Assembly: GCA_963827235.1 (NCBI GenBank)
Contig: CAWHAE010000017.1
Location: 128,001-192,000, forward strand
From: an uncultured bacterium
GTDB taxonomy: Bacteria; Chloroflexota; UBA5177; JANWHV01
DNA length: 64,000 bases
Direction: 5' to 3'
Position numbers and translations under genes: made by a program. Position 1 is the first letter of the stretch; each line of letters opens with the position of its first letter. Of the stretch, positions 10,640-20,964 are shown one piece after another. The notes below the pieces were generated by a model. The model was given only the letters and a program-made list of their open reading frames with translations. It was not told the DNA's origin and ran no database searches.

Positions 10640-11653
10640 CTAGCTCCTCTCTTCCTGATAGAACACCCAGCGCTTCTGCCCGGCGAAGTTGAGCAGCGTG
10701 AAGATCAGGATGAGTGCGAACAGACCGAAGGCCATGGCGGTGGCATAGCCGAAAAGGTGGTAGCGAAAAGCATCGAGCCACACGTAGAGCAACGTGGTGA
10801 GAAGTGAGTCGCTCGGCCCTCCGGTGGTGCTCTCGCCTCCGGTAAGCACCATGATTTGGGCGAACGCCTGAAACGCCCCGATCAAGCCGATCACGACATT
10901 GAAGAATATGGTTGGCGTGAGCAGGGGCAAGGTAAGGTAGCGGAAGGTTGCCCAGCGGCCGGCGCCGTCGACCGAGGCGACCTCGTAGTACGACTGGTCT
11001 ATCCCCTGCAATCCGGCCAGATAGATCAGCATGGGCTGGCCCACCGCCCAGCCGGCCACCAGTATCGCGGCCGGCATCAGCAGATTGGGGTCACCAAACC
11101 AATCGATGATCTGCGTGCAGCTGATGGAGTTTGGATCGCACTGCACGTGCAGCATGGTCAGCAGGGCGCTGATTGCCCCCGTGCCAGGCTGGAAAATCAG
11201 CCGCAGGATGAGCGTTGCCCCGACGGCGGGCAGAATCGCCGGGAGATAGAAGATGGTGCGGAATATGGGCAGCCCGCGGATGTGCTGGTTCAGCACCAGC
11301 GCCATGGGCAACGCTACCAGATTCGTGATGGCCACGGTGCCCAGGGCATAGACGACCGAGTTGCGCATCGAGTGCCAGAATCGGGGATCGTGGAAGAGCA
11401 TTTGACTGTAATTGTTCAGCCCGATCAGATGCGCCTGCCAGAAAGGACCGGCAACCGGGCTCCAGTTGGTCAGGCTGATAAACACGGCCGCCGCCAAGGG
11501 GGCCAGGCCGAACAGCAGGAAGCCGATCACCCAGATTCCGACAAATCCATAGCCCCACAGTAGGTCCCGACGCTTTTTGCGCGCCTCACCGGCGTGACTA
11601 CCGGGTACCACCGCTGCGCTCATTACCGCCTCCGCCCCGGGTATCGTCCTCAA
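10640..11653 (-). CDS. Carbohydrate ABC transporter permease (MalF-like)
   Basis: LAGLQGIDQSYYEVASVDGA; FRTIFYLP. Confidence 0.92.
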   Translation of the reverse strand: MRTIPGAEAVMSAAVVPGSHAGEARKKRRDLLWGYGFVGIWVIGFLLFGLAPLAAAVFISLTNWSPVAGPFWQAHLIGLNNYSQMLFHDPRFWHSMRNSVVYALGTVAITNLVALPMALVLNQHIRGLPIFRTIFYLPAILPAVGATLILRLIFQPGTGAISALLTMLHVQCDPNSISCTQIIDWFGDPNLLMPAAILVAGWAVGQPMLIYLAGLQGIDQSYYEVASVDGAGRWATFRYLTLPLLTPTIFFNVVIGLIGAFQAFAQIMVLTGGESTTGGPSDSLLTTLLYVWLDAFRYHLFGYATAMAFGLFALILIFTLLNFAGQKRWVFYQEERS

Positions 11654-11708
11654 GATGTCGGCTGAGGGCGGCTACCCAGCGGCGCCCACCCTCAAACCGA
11701 TCCACGGT

Positions 11709-13046
11709 CTACATCAGCAAGGGCTTGAGCGCCGAACACGCGGCACTGGTGGCGGCGTCGACCGATGCCGTCCCATTCCAGAAGGGCATCAACGCCGTCG
11801 TCTCACCATCGACCCATTTGTCATACTGCGGTACCAAGCGCATGGACCTGCCGTTCGCGGGCGCATTCCCCGACAGCCAGACGGCCGCATACGGCTGATA
11901 CTCAGTGAGGAAGGCCGGGGTTTTGGAGATTGCCACGTTGCCCGCGATGCCGATCCCGTACTGGGCCATCAGTTTGACGTCGCTACCCATGGTGATGTAC
12001 TTGATCAGCCAATAGGCGGCCACGGGGTTCTTGGTGTGACTGGCCGCTACCTCGATGCCGCTTGAGATGAGGCTAAGCCGGCTTACCGGTCCGCTGGGAT
12101 TCAGCGCTACACCCCAGTGGAAGGAGACGGAGGGCGTCCCGAGATAGGCGCTCGGCTTCACCAGATAGTTGAGCGCCCAGGGGCCGACGAAGGCCATCGC
12201 GTAGCGCTGATCGTGAAAGCCGCCACTTGGACTCGGCGACACCGCCTTCATCTGCGATGGGGTCGGCGCCCCATGATGAACCCACATCAGATCGTGCCAC
12301 CATTGCAGGCCGGCGCGCGACTGCACGCTGATCATGGTGCAAGTCTTCAGATCGGCACTCAACCAGTCCCCACCCCAGTCCCACATGTATTGGTTGATGC
12401 GGTAATCGTCGGTATTGACGGCGATCCCGAAACGTAGCTTTGCCGACGAATCGGTGGGAAGGCTGTAGTTGCCGGACAGCTTTTCGGATGCCGAGAGTAA
12501 GTCTTTGTAGGTCCAGCTGGATGTGGGATAAGCGACGTGGCGCGCGTCGAACATGTCTTTGTTGTAGATGAGCATGCCCTGGTTACCGCAGTCACGTTCC
12601 ATGCCGTAGGTACGGCCGCCGTACATGGTCTCGGGCAGACACGCCGGGAAGAACGTGCCGCTCAGGTTGAGCTTGTCCTGTTTGATGTAGGGGGACAGAT
12701 CCAGCAGCGCCCCTTCGGTGGCATATTCCGGAAGACGCTTTGAGCCATCGAGCTGGAAGACGTCGGGTGCGTTGCCGGAGCCGATCTTGGTCGCTATGTC
12801 GTTGTCGTAGTTGCCCTGATCCCAGTCGGCGGTTACGTGGAGGCCGGGGCAGGCGGCCTCGGCTTGCTTGATGACGAGGGTTTGCTCATTATACTCGCCC
12901 TTGTCACCCCAGAACATGAACGTGATGTTGCCCTTGGCAGGGCAGCTCGCGCTCGATTGGTGCGCGGCATTCACGACCATGGCACCGGGCGCCCACGTCG
13001 CCAGGAGAACGAAGCCGGCCACCGATAAACGAGGGAGGTATCGCAT
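11709..13046 (-). CDS. Sugar ABC transporter substrate-binding protein
   Basis: Signal peptide; APDVF, LIYNKDMF, AMAFVGPW; GGAGGG RBS before ATG 13046. Confidence 0.9.
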   Translation of the reverse strand: MRYLPRLSVAGFVLLATWAPGAMVVNAAHQSSASCPAKGNITFMFWGDKGEYNEQTLVIKQAEAACPGLHVTADWDQGNYDNDIATKIGSGNAPDVFQLDGSKRLPEYATEGALLDLSPYIKQDKLNLSGTFFPACLPETMYGGRTYGMERDCGNQGMLIYNKDMFDARHVAYPTSSWTYKDLLSASEKLSGNYSLPTDSSAKLRFGIAVNTDDYRINQYMWDWGGDWLSADLKTCTMISVQSRAGLQWWHDLMWVHHGAPTPSQMKAVSPSPSGGFHDQRYAMAFVGPWALNYLVKPSAYLGTPSVSFHWGVALNPSGPVSRLSLISSGIEVAASHTKNPVAAYWLIKYITMGSDVKLMAQYGIGIAGNVAISKTPAFLTEYQPYAAVWLSGNAPANGRSMRLVPQYDKWVDGETTALMPFWNGTASVDAATSAACSALKPLLM

Positions 13047-13623
13047 AGAAGGCCCTCCAAAATGCCGCGTCATCGCGGCCATCGCCATGCACCTGCTTGC
13101 TGGTCGGTCGCGTGGAAGCAGGCCAAGCCCCGCGACCTCGACGGTCCATCATCTACTCCCTTCCCTAGGTGCGGAGTCAGACAGCCAGCCGCTCAGTTCT
13201 GCCGGGCATGCGCGGCGACGCAGGCCCACGTCTCGTTTCTCGCCTACCCCGAGCCATCGCTGATTGCAACTGCGTGGCGATGACAGGGAAGTGCCGTTCA
13301 GGCGCGTTCCCAGTATGGGCCTCCTGCGCGGCAATGTCAACCATAGCCGCATATCACTCTATCTATTTCCCAGGGACCACGGCCGCATGCTGCCTCATAA
13401 TGTGAGGATATTAGTATCAAACGCAGACCCAGGACGTTACGGCGCGCGATGGCTGGGGGCTGAGACAAAGGTGGTGTGACGCCCTCATCGGTGTGCCTGT
13501 GGGGTTGCGTGACCTTCCTCTCGGTGCGCGAACCCGGATGATGCGGTTGCCGCGAGCCAGGAGAGCACACCCCGGTCCCCGAGATATGCGTTACTATTAA
13601 GTAATTCACCACATAAAGGTGGA

Positions 13624-13671
13624 TTGACACGACTATAGGTGTATATAGTTAGAGTGCTTTCATGCTATAAT
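13624..13671 (+). promoter_or_regulatory. Promoter/operator region upstream of the ECF sigma gene
   Basis: TTGACA 13624-13629, inverted repeat ACTATA-N6-TATAGT 13632-13649, extended -10 TGcTATAAT 13663-13671. Confidence 0.55.
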
Positions 13672-13843
13672 CGACTCGTGCGCAGTGAGGTCGCGTGTCG
13701 GACCTGGCTGCATGGGTGTGGAGGCGCAGCAGGCTCGGGCAGCGTTTACCGCCGCGAGGAGACACCTCAAATCGCCCCAAGTTGGCACCGTGCTGGCCGC
13801 GGACCCGTGTCGAACGGATAAGTACAGTGTGAAGGAGCCGACC

Positions 13844-14641
13844 ATGGTCACCGCGCCCGCTACATTGACCACCTGCACACGCGATAGTGTCGGCGCAGGC
13901 GCGTTCGGCGATAGGGCTGCAGCCACATCGTGGTCGTCACTGCACCATACCGCAGCGCTGCTGTCGCTCGAAGACGGCAGTCTGGTAGCGTGCGCGGTGG
14001 GTACACACGAGACTGCACCCGATCCCGAAGCATTCGGCGTGCTCTACGAGCGCTACGTGAACCGCGTCTTCGCCTTCGCCTTGAGCAGGCTGCACGATCA
14101 CGCGCAAGCTGAAGACATCACCTCACAGACATTTCTCCTGGCGCTCCAGGCACTGCCGCGCTATCAGCAGCGTGGCGTGCCAATCCGGTACTGGCTGCTC
14201 ACCATCGCCGCCAACGCGATAAACGGCCTGCATCGTGCCTCGCCCGGCACAGCCTTGCGGCTGGGGGAAGCAGCCAGCCATGATGGGGACGTACAGGACG
14301 GCGCGCCCGAACTCGACCTGCCCGACCCCGACGCCGAAGCGGCGATCGCCGCGGGAGAATGGGCTGAGGATCTCCGTCACCTGCTGGCCAGCCTGTCGCC
14401 GGCGCAGCGCACGGTCATTTTGCTGCGGTTCTCCGCTGGACTGGCGATCGAGACCATCGCGGCGAAGATGGGGTGCACCGCAGGGGCGGTCAAGGCATTG
14501 CAGTTTCGCGGTGTGCAGGGTTTGCGCCGTCGATGGGAACAGGAGACCGGGGTGGACCCGGATGCGCCAAGACCATCCGCCAAGCGGGACGACAAACTCC
14601 ACCACCCGATCACTCGTGGTGCGAGAGCATCCGAACGATGA
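13844..14641 (+). CDS. ECF-type sigma-70 RNA polymerase sigma factor
   Basis: Region 2 AFGVLYERY...AEDITSQTF...WLLTIAAN; region 4 LSPAQRTVILLRF...GAVKALQFRG; AAGGAG RBS. Confidence 0.9.
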   Translation: MVTAPATLTTCTRDSVGAGAFGDRAAATSWSSLHHTAALLSLEDGSLVACAVGTHETAPDPEAFGVLYERYVNRVFAFALSRLHDHAQAEDITSQTFLLALQALPRYQQRGVPIRYWLLTIAANAINGLHRASPGTALRLGEAASHDGDVQDGAPELDLPDPDAEAAIAAGEWAEDLRHLLASLSPAQRTVILLRFSAGLAIETIAAKMGCTAGAVKALQFRGVQGLRRRWEQETGVDPDAPRPSAKRDDKLHHPITRGARASER

Positions 14642-14745
14642 CCGGCCGACTCTACGCCTGAGAGCGATTGATGTCTAGCTGGCCGACTGGGCCGCAGTGC
14701 GGAGCTGTAGCTGCTCGGTTTGGCAAGAGAAAGGAGTACCACGGC

Positions 14746-15588
14746 ATGTTTAGAGAGATCATGGTGCCGCTGGACGGATCGGAGCGCGCTGAGCAGGCAC
14801 TGCCGTGCGCAGTGCAACTGGCGAAGGGGATGGCTTCAACCGTGCACCTGGTCAGTGTGGACGATTTCCTTGCCGCAGTGAGCTCGACGCTGCCGGCTCC
14901 GTACATCCCGCCCGGCGTGTACGAAGCCGAGCTCGAGCAGGTCACCGCGTATTTGACCGCGATCCGGCAGCGTCTCGCAGGCGAGGGGCTACAGATCCGG
15001 AGCGAAGTGCTCACGGGCACACCTGCCGTGTGCCTCCTGGCCTACGAGCAGTCGGCCCACATCGATCTGCTGGTCATGTGTAGCCACGGGCGGGGTGGTA
15101 TCGCGCGTTTTGCCCTCGGGTCCGTCGCGGAGCGCCTGCTGCGACACGGCACCGCACCGGTACTGCTGGTGCGCGCCTTCAGCGCGCCACCGGATCTGAC
15201 TCGCGTGGTCGTGCCCCTGGACGGCTCAGTGCTCGCCCAGTTGGCTCTTCAGACAGTATCGGCGCTGGAAAGCTCCGGGATCCGCGAGGTCACGTTGCTG
15301 AGGGTGATTGGCGCCGATGAAGCAGCGGCGGAAGCTCAGGCATATCTGACTGCCACGGCGGCGCGGTTGCAGCACGAGCCTCTGACCTACCGGACGCGAG
15401 TCGAGCGCGGTGAACCCGCGCAGACGATTATCGATGTGGCTGGAAAGGAAGCGCTGGTGGTGATGGCGACGCATGGACGCTCGGGCCTGACCCGCTGGGC
15501 CCTGGGGTCCGTGGCCGATCGGGTATCGCGCGACGGCGTATCGGGCACCTTGCTCGTCCGTACCGGCGCGCCTCCGCCACCGGCCTAG
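14746..15588 (+). CDS. Tandem-domain universal stress protein
   Basis: Two VPLDGS motifs and two HGRxG...LGSVA motifs; AAGGAG RBS. Confidence 0.92.
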   Translation: MFREIMVPLDGSERAEQALPCAVQLAKGMASTVHLVSVDDFLAAVSSTLPAPYIPPGVYEAELEQVTAYLTAIRQRLAGEGLQIRSEVLTGTPAVCLLAYEQSAHIDLLVMCSHGRGGIARFALGSVAERLLRHGTAPVLLVRAFSAPPDLTRVVVPLDGSVLAQLALQTVSALESSGIREVTLLRVIGADEAAAEAQAYLTATAARLQHEPLTYRTRVERGEPAQTIIDVAGKEALVVMATHGRSGLTRWALGSVADRVSRDGVSGTLLVRTGAPPPPA

Positions 15589-15754
15589 TCGGAGCCAGGC
15601 GAGACGCCGGCTGGAGGACCGCTTCACGCCGATTTCGATCTGGGCATCGCCCGGCATTTCGACATCCTGAACACCACGACCGTGCGTGCTGAGCACGGGA
15701 CGATTGAGGTGATTCGGCCGGCCGTGATGGCCGGAAGCAACCTGAAAGGGCAAG

Positions 15755-18073
15755 ATGGATAGGAAACTCGGCAACGACTATTCCAGCCTCCGTGTCCTGG
15801 TGGTGGACGATGAGCTGACCGCGAACAGCGCCCGCGGCCGGGCAACGCGGGCGGTGATTGCAGCTATTCGCGAGTACGGCATCACGGTGGTCGAAGCAAC
15901 GACCAGTGAAGACGGGTGGTCGGCATTCGTCGCCAATCCGGATCTGAGCGCTATCCTCGTGGATTGGGACCTGCATGACGGCTCCGAGGGACTGCATGGC
16001 GAAACGCAACACGTCCTGAGTATGCTGCGGTCGCGGAACGAGGAGCTGCCGGTCTTTTTGCTTGCCGGGCGTACGGCTCTCCCCTTGATCTCGCTCGACG
16101 TGCTCGAGCACGTCGACGACTACATCTGGATTCTGGAGGACACGCCAGAGTTCATCGCCGGCCGGATAGAGGCGGCGGCGAGATTATATCGTGGCCGCCT
16201 GCTGCCGCCGTTCTTCGCCGCGCTGGCCGAGTTTGCACGGATCCACGAATACTCGTGGCATACACCAGGGCACACCGGCGGCACGGCCTTTCTGAAGTCG
16301 CCGGCAGGGCAAGTCTTCCACAGCTTTTTCGGCGAGGAGCTGTTTCGTTCCGACCTTTCGATCTCCGTGGGTGAGCTCGGCTCATTACTCGACCATTCGG
16401 GCGTGATCGGCGAAGCCGAGCGCTACGCTGCTAAGGTGTTCGGCGCGGACAGGACCTACTTTGTGACCAACGGCACCTCGACGTCGAACAAGATCGTCCT
16501 TTTCGGCACGGTCACACGCGGCGACGTCGTGCTGGTGGATCGCAACTGCCACAAGTCGATTGAGCACGCGCTGACCATGACCGGCTCCATTCCAGTGTTC
16601 CTGATGCCCTCCCGCAACCGCTACGGAATCATCGGACCCATTCATCCCTGCGAGCTGGAGCCCGCACAACTGGCACGCAAGGTTGCTCAAGCCACGCCGA
16701 CGGAGCAGCATGAACACCCTCGGGCGGTGCTGGCGATTGTCACCAACTCCACGTACGACGGCCTGTGCTACGACGTGGCGCGCACTAACACGTTGCTGGG
16801 CGAGAGTGTGGATCGCATCCACTACGATGAAGCCTGGTTCGCCTACGCCCGCTTCAACGCGCTCTACCAGGGCCGCTACGGCATGTCCGCGCCGGGTGGC
16901 CAAAAGGGACCCACGATCTTCGCGACCCAGTCGACGCATAAGCTGTTGGCAGCGCTCTCGCAGGCATCATTCGTGCACGTGAAGCAGGGCCGCGCACCCA
17001 TCGACTACACGCGGTTCAACGAGGGATTCATGATGCACACCTCGACCTCGCCGCTCTACCCGATCATCGCATCGAACGATATCTCGGTGAAGATGATGGA
17101 TGGCGCTTCAGGCAGGGTACTCACGACCGAAGCTATCGACGAGGCAATCGCCTTCCGCAAGACCATGGCGCGTATCGGGCCGGAGATCCGGCAGCGGGAT
17201 AGCAACGATTGGTGGTTCGGCGTCTGGCAACCCAACGAGGTGGTCGACCCACAGTCCGGGCACCACGTGGCCTTCGCCGATGCGCCCGACGCGCTGCTGC
17301 GCGACGATGCCGGCTGCTGGACACTCAAGCCGGGCGAGCGCTGGCATGGCTTCGCGGATGTCGCCGTGGACGACGGCTACTGCCTGCTGGATCCGATCAA
17401 AGTCACGGTGCTGACCCCCGGTGTTTCGGACGATGGGTCGCTGGACAGCTGGGGCATCCCTGCCCCAATCGTGAGCAAGTACCTCGATACGCAGGGTATC
17501 GTGGTCGAAAAGACCGGAGGTAACACGTTCCTGGTCCTCTTCTCCATCGGCGTGACCCGTGGCAAGTGGGGAACGCTGATCGCCGAGCTGCTGCAGTTCA
17601 AGCGGCACTACCGCGAAAACACGCCGCTGGGGGAGCTCTTCCCGGATCTCGTGGCGATGGCACCCCAGGTGTATCAAGGGCTGGGCCTGGCGGACCTGTG
17701 CGAGCGGATGCACACGGCCTTGCATACCGGTCGCGTCACGCACTGGCTGTCCGCCGCCTGTGATGTCCTGCCCACGCCGGCAATGACCGGCGCCGAGGCC
17801 TACCGGCACCTGGTGCGCGACGAGGTCGACCGGGTGGCAGTCGACAAGATGGCGAACCGCGTGGCGGCAGTGGGCGTGGTGCCGTACCCGCCGGGCATAC
17901 CCCTGCTGATGCCGGGAGAGCGGGCTGGCGAGAAGAACGGCCCCATTCTGCGCTATCTCCGGGCGCTTGAGGAATTCGACCGTGCCTTCCCTGGATTCGC
18001 CCATGACATTCACGGCGTCGAGGATGTCGATGGTGCGTACATGACCTACTGTGTGAAAGAAGGCGCGGAATGA
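15755..18073 (+). CDS. PLP-dependent Orn/Lys/Arg decarboxylase (AdiA/CadA/LdcC type with wing domain)
   Basis: HTPGH, DRNCHKS, NSTYDG, HYDEAW, PLP lysine in QSTHK, PYPPGIP, and an N-terminal receiver-like wing. Confidence 0.93.
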   Translation: MDRKLGNDYSSLRVLVVDDELTANSARGRATRAVIAAIREYGITVVEATTSEDGWSAFVANPDLSAILVDWDLHDGSEGLHGETQHVLSMLRSRNEELPVFLLAGRTALPLISLDVLEHVDDYIWILEDTPEFIAGRIEAAARLYRGRLLPPFFAALAEFARIHEYSWHTPGHTGGTAFLKSPAGQVFHSFFGEELFRSDLSISVGELGSLLDHSGVIGEAERYAAKVFGADRTYFVTNGTSTSNKIVLFGTVTRGDVVLVDRNCHKSIEHALTMTGSIPVFLMPSRNRYGIIGPIHPCELEPAQLARKVAQATPTEQHEHPRAVLAIVTNSTYDGLCYDVARTNTLLGESVDRIHYDEAWFAYARFNALYQGRYGMSAPGGQKGPTIFATQSTHKLLAALSQASFVHVKQGRAPIDYTRFNEGFMMHTSTSPLYPIIASNDISVKMMDGASGRVLTTEAIDEAIAFRKTMARIGPEIRQRDSNDWWFGVWQPNEVVDPQSGHHVAFADAPDALLRDDAGCWTLKPGERWHGFADVAVDDGYCLLDPIKVTVLTPGVSDDGSLDSWGIPAPIVSKYLDTQGIVVEKTGGNTFLVLFSIGVTRGKWGTLIAELLQFKRHYRENTPLGELFPDLVAMAPQVYQGLGLADLCERMHTALHTGRVTHWLSAACDVLPTPAMTGAEAYRHLVRDEVDRVAVDKMANRVAAVGVVPYPPGIPLLMPGERAGEKNGPILRYLRALEEFDRAFPGFAHDIHGVEDVDGAYMTYCVKEGAE

Positions 18074-19542
18074 GCCTCGCGACACAACCGGCGCCCCAAT
18101 CGCCCGCGGTCGTCAAGGGCCACAGCCGGAAGGTACTCGGTATCTTCGCTCTTGCCATGATCAACGTTGCCGCCGTGCTGAGCCTGCGGAACTTCCCCAG
18201 CATGGCGCTCTATGGCTGGTCGTCCATCACCTGGTATGTGCTGGGCGCGGTGCTCTTTCTCCTGCCCTCGGCGTTCGTGGGCGCGGAGCTGGCCTCTGGT
18301 TGGCCGAAGGGTGGCGGGGTCTACGCCTGGGTGAAGGAAGCCTTTGACGAGGAGATGGGGTTCCTCGCCATCTGGTGCGAATGGTCGGAGAACCTGGTGT
18401 GGTTCCCCACCGTGCTTGCCTTCCTGGCCGCCACGCTCGCCTATGTGATCGATCCCTCGCTGGCGACCAACAAGCTCTTCCTGGTCGTGACCATGCTCGT
18501 GATGTTCTGGGGCACGACCATCGCCAACTTCTTTGGCGCCAGGTTGTCGAGCCTCCTGAGCTCGGTGGGGGTGATCGCCGGCTCGATCATTCCGGGCGCG
18601 GTGATCATCGTGCTCGCCTTTGCCTGGCTCTTCGCGCGAAAGGGCACGCAGGTCCCGTTTTCCGCGCATGCCCTGTCCCCCGATTTGTCGCCGGGCAACT
18701 TGCCCTTCGTGGGCACGGTGGTGCTGCTGTTCGCGGGTATGGAGATGGCGGGCTTCCATGCGCTGGAGGTCAGGAATCCGCAGCGCGATTACCCAAAAGC
18801 GATGTGGCTTTCCGCCCTGATCATTTTGCTGGTATCTATCGTGGGCACCATGGCCCTGGCGATCGTCATTCCGGTCAAACAAATCAACCTGACGGCCGGT
18901 ATCGTGCAAGCCTTCGACAACTTCTTTGCCGGGTTTGGCATGTCCTGGGCGGCCAGACCGATGGCCCTGCTGATCGCGGTCGGCGCGCTGGCTCTGCTCA
19001 GCACCTGGCTGATTGGTCCCGCGAAGGGCCTCGAGAGTGCTGCCGAATCCGGCGATCTGCCGAAGCTGTGGCGAAAAGAGAACACCAAACACGTGCCGGT
19101 GGATGTGCTCGTGATCCAGGCCATCGTGGCGACGTTGGCCTGCTTCCTCTATATCGTGGTGCCGTCGGTGAATACCGCCTACTGGATGCTGTCGGCCATG
19201 ACGGTGCAGATCCTCGCGATCATGTATATCCTGTTGTTCGCCTCGGTAATCCGGCTTCGCTACAAGGAGCCGAATACCGCCCGCCCTTACAAAATTCCGG
19301 GCGGCAAGCTTGGCATCTGGCTTATCGGGGGTGCCGGCGGCCTGGCCTGCCTGTTCACGTTTGTCATCGGCTTCGTGCCTCCGACGGGTTTGACCACGCA
19401 GGGGCCCCTGCAGTACGTGCTGACCATGATCGCCGGCACGGTGTTGCTGAGTCTCCCGCCGTTCATCTTCTACCACTTTCGCAGGCCGGGCTGGCGGGCA
19501 AGCAAAGCGGAGCTGAAGGCAGCGCTCAGCGCGACGACGTGA
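18070..19542 (+). CDS. APC-family amino acid antiporter (GadC-like)
   Basis: AMINVAAVLSLR, GGVYAWVKEAF, FAGMEM...NPQRDYPKA; ATGA overlap with the decarboxylase. Confidence 0.88.
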   Translation: MSLATQPAPQSPAVVKGHSRKVLGIFALAMINVAAVLSLRNFPSMALYGWSSITWYVLGAVLFLLPSAFVGAELASGWPKGGGVYAWVKEAFDEEMGFLAIWCEWSENLVWFPTVLAFLAATLAYVIDPSLATNKLFLVVTMLVMFWGTTIANFFGARLSSLLSSVGVIAGSIIPGAVIIVLAFAWLFARKGTQVPFSAHALSPDLSPGNLPFVGTVVLLFAGMEMAGFHALEVRNPQRDYPKAMWLSALIILLVSIVGTMALAIVIPVKQINLTAGIVQAFDNFFAGFGMSWAARPMALLIAVGALALLSTWLIGPAKGLESAAESGDLPKLWRKENTKHVPVDVLVIQAIVATLACFLYIVVPSVNTAYWMLSAMTVQILAIMYILLFASVIRLRYKEPNTARPYKIPGGKLGIWLIGGAGGLACLFTFVIGFVPPTGLTTQGPLQYVLTMIAGTVLLSLPPFIFYHFRRPGWRASKAELKAALSATT

Positions 19543-19697
19543 TCGGCGACTTATCCTGGCCCAGTGGCTCCCTGCGGGTGCTCGCCCATCGTAGCGGTGA
19601 CAGGCCAGGCGGCAGGCGGCTGCCTCCCCGCGCCGTGAGGCTCTGAGGCGTCAGGCCTGAAAGCCGAGTGTAGTTGGCCGGCACCAGGGTGCCTTGA

Positions 19698-20459
19698 GTG
19701 GAGGGCATGCCAGATCCACAGACACAGGGAGAAGCAGGCGCGGCGGCACCGGCGGCAGGCGAGGGCGCACAGGAGCAAGAGCAGCACCCGCACGGCGGGG
19801 ACTGGCTGCGCGCGATCGTCTTCGGGCTGAATGACGGACTGGTGACCACCCTGGTGTTTATCATGGCCGCCAGTACCGTCGCTCAGACGCACGCCGCCTT
19901 GCTCCTGGTCGCCCTGTCGGAGGTGGCGGCCGGCGGTGTTTCCATGACCTTAGGCGGCTACCTTTCGGTGCGAACGGAGCGGGACGTCCTCGCTAATCGC
20001 ATCGCTACCGAGCGTATGGAGATCGCCACGGAGCCGGAGGAAGAGCGGGCAGAGCTGCGCACCATCTACCGCCGCAAGGGGATGACCGGAGGGCTGCTGG
20101 ACCGCGTGGTGGCCCACCAGACGCAGGATAGCGCGCGGTGGCTGCAGGCGCTCGTCCACGACGAACTGGGGGTGGTTGGCGAAGAAGCCGTCTCACCCGT
20201 ACGCGAAGGCCTCCAGGTCGGGGCTTCCTTCGTGGCGGGTGGCCTCATCCCCACGGTGGCGGTGCTGCTTCGATTGCCCGCACCTTGGCTCCAGGTTGCG
20301 GCATACCTACTTACGGCCGTCACCGCCCTCGCACTGGGGGCGCTCAAGGCACGCTACTCGCTCAGGGGGCCAATGCGCAACGGGCTTGAGTTCCTGGCGG
20401 TGGTCACGGCAGGCACCGTGGCCGGGTTCGCAATCGGCGCCGTGTTGCACGCCGCGTAG
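19698..20459 (+). CDS. VIT1/CCC1 Fe/Mn transporter family protein
   Basis: LRAIVFGLNDGL, AGGVSMTLGGYLS, EEERAEL, DELG. Confidence 0.9.
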   Translation: MEGMPDPQTQGEAGAAAPAAGEGAQEQEQHPHGGDWLRAIVFGLNDGLVTTLVFIMAASTVAQTHAALLLVALSEVAAGGVSMTLGGYLSVRTERDVLANRIATERMEIATEPEEERAELRTIYRRKGMTGGLLDRVVAHQTQDSARWLQALVHDELGVVGEEAVSPVREGLQVGASFVAGGLIPTVAVLLRLPAPWLQVAAYLLTAVTALALGALKARYSLRGPMRNGLEFLAVVTAGTVAGFAIGAVLHAA

Positions 20460-20964
20460 CGATCGGCATCATTGGATGCGGGGCTACTCCGTAGTGACCG
20501 GCCATTGACCCATGGAGGCGACGGCCCGTGTCCCTTGTGGGAGCAAATCCCGATGTCGAAGCCACGCCGCTGGGGCTCTATGACGGCTTCGGATCGAGAT
20601 TGAGGCTCTCAATCGTACGCCGAGAGAGCTCAGCGCCATCGAGGCAAGCGAGTCGCCAGCCTGGGCGGCCCCGCCATCCGATGGTACCACCACGGTCCGA
20701 GCACGGAAACGTTACCCCGGTGCCGACCTTGTAGGTTTGCCCATCCGGGGCCCGTGGAGGGATACCTCCGCGCACCTACAGTGTCCATCCGAGATCGTTG
20801 TTATTGATGGCATGCAGGCGGGTTCGACGGGAGCATTCCCCCTGGGCCGACGCCGGCTGTAAGCAACCCGGCGGCCAGTAGTCGTGGACGAGGAAGCACA
20901 GAGTGGCTCCTGCTGCTTCCAGATTCAGGACACGAATCGAGCGAAACACGTGCCTTGTGCGTCG

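Noticed and set aside
20572-20600. tmRNA-like 5' end (GGGGCTCTATGACGGCTTCG)
   Set aside because: No matching 3' T-arm/CCA end or tag reading frame found.
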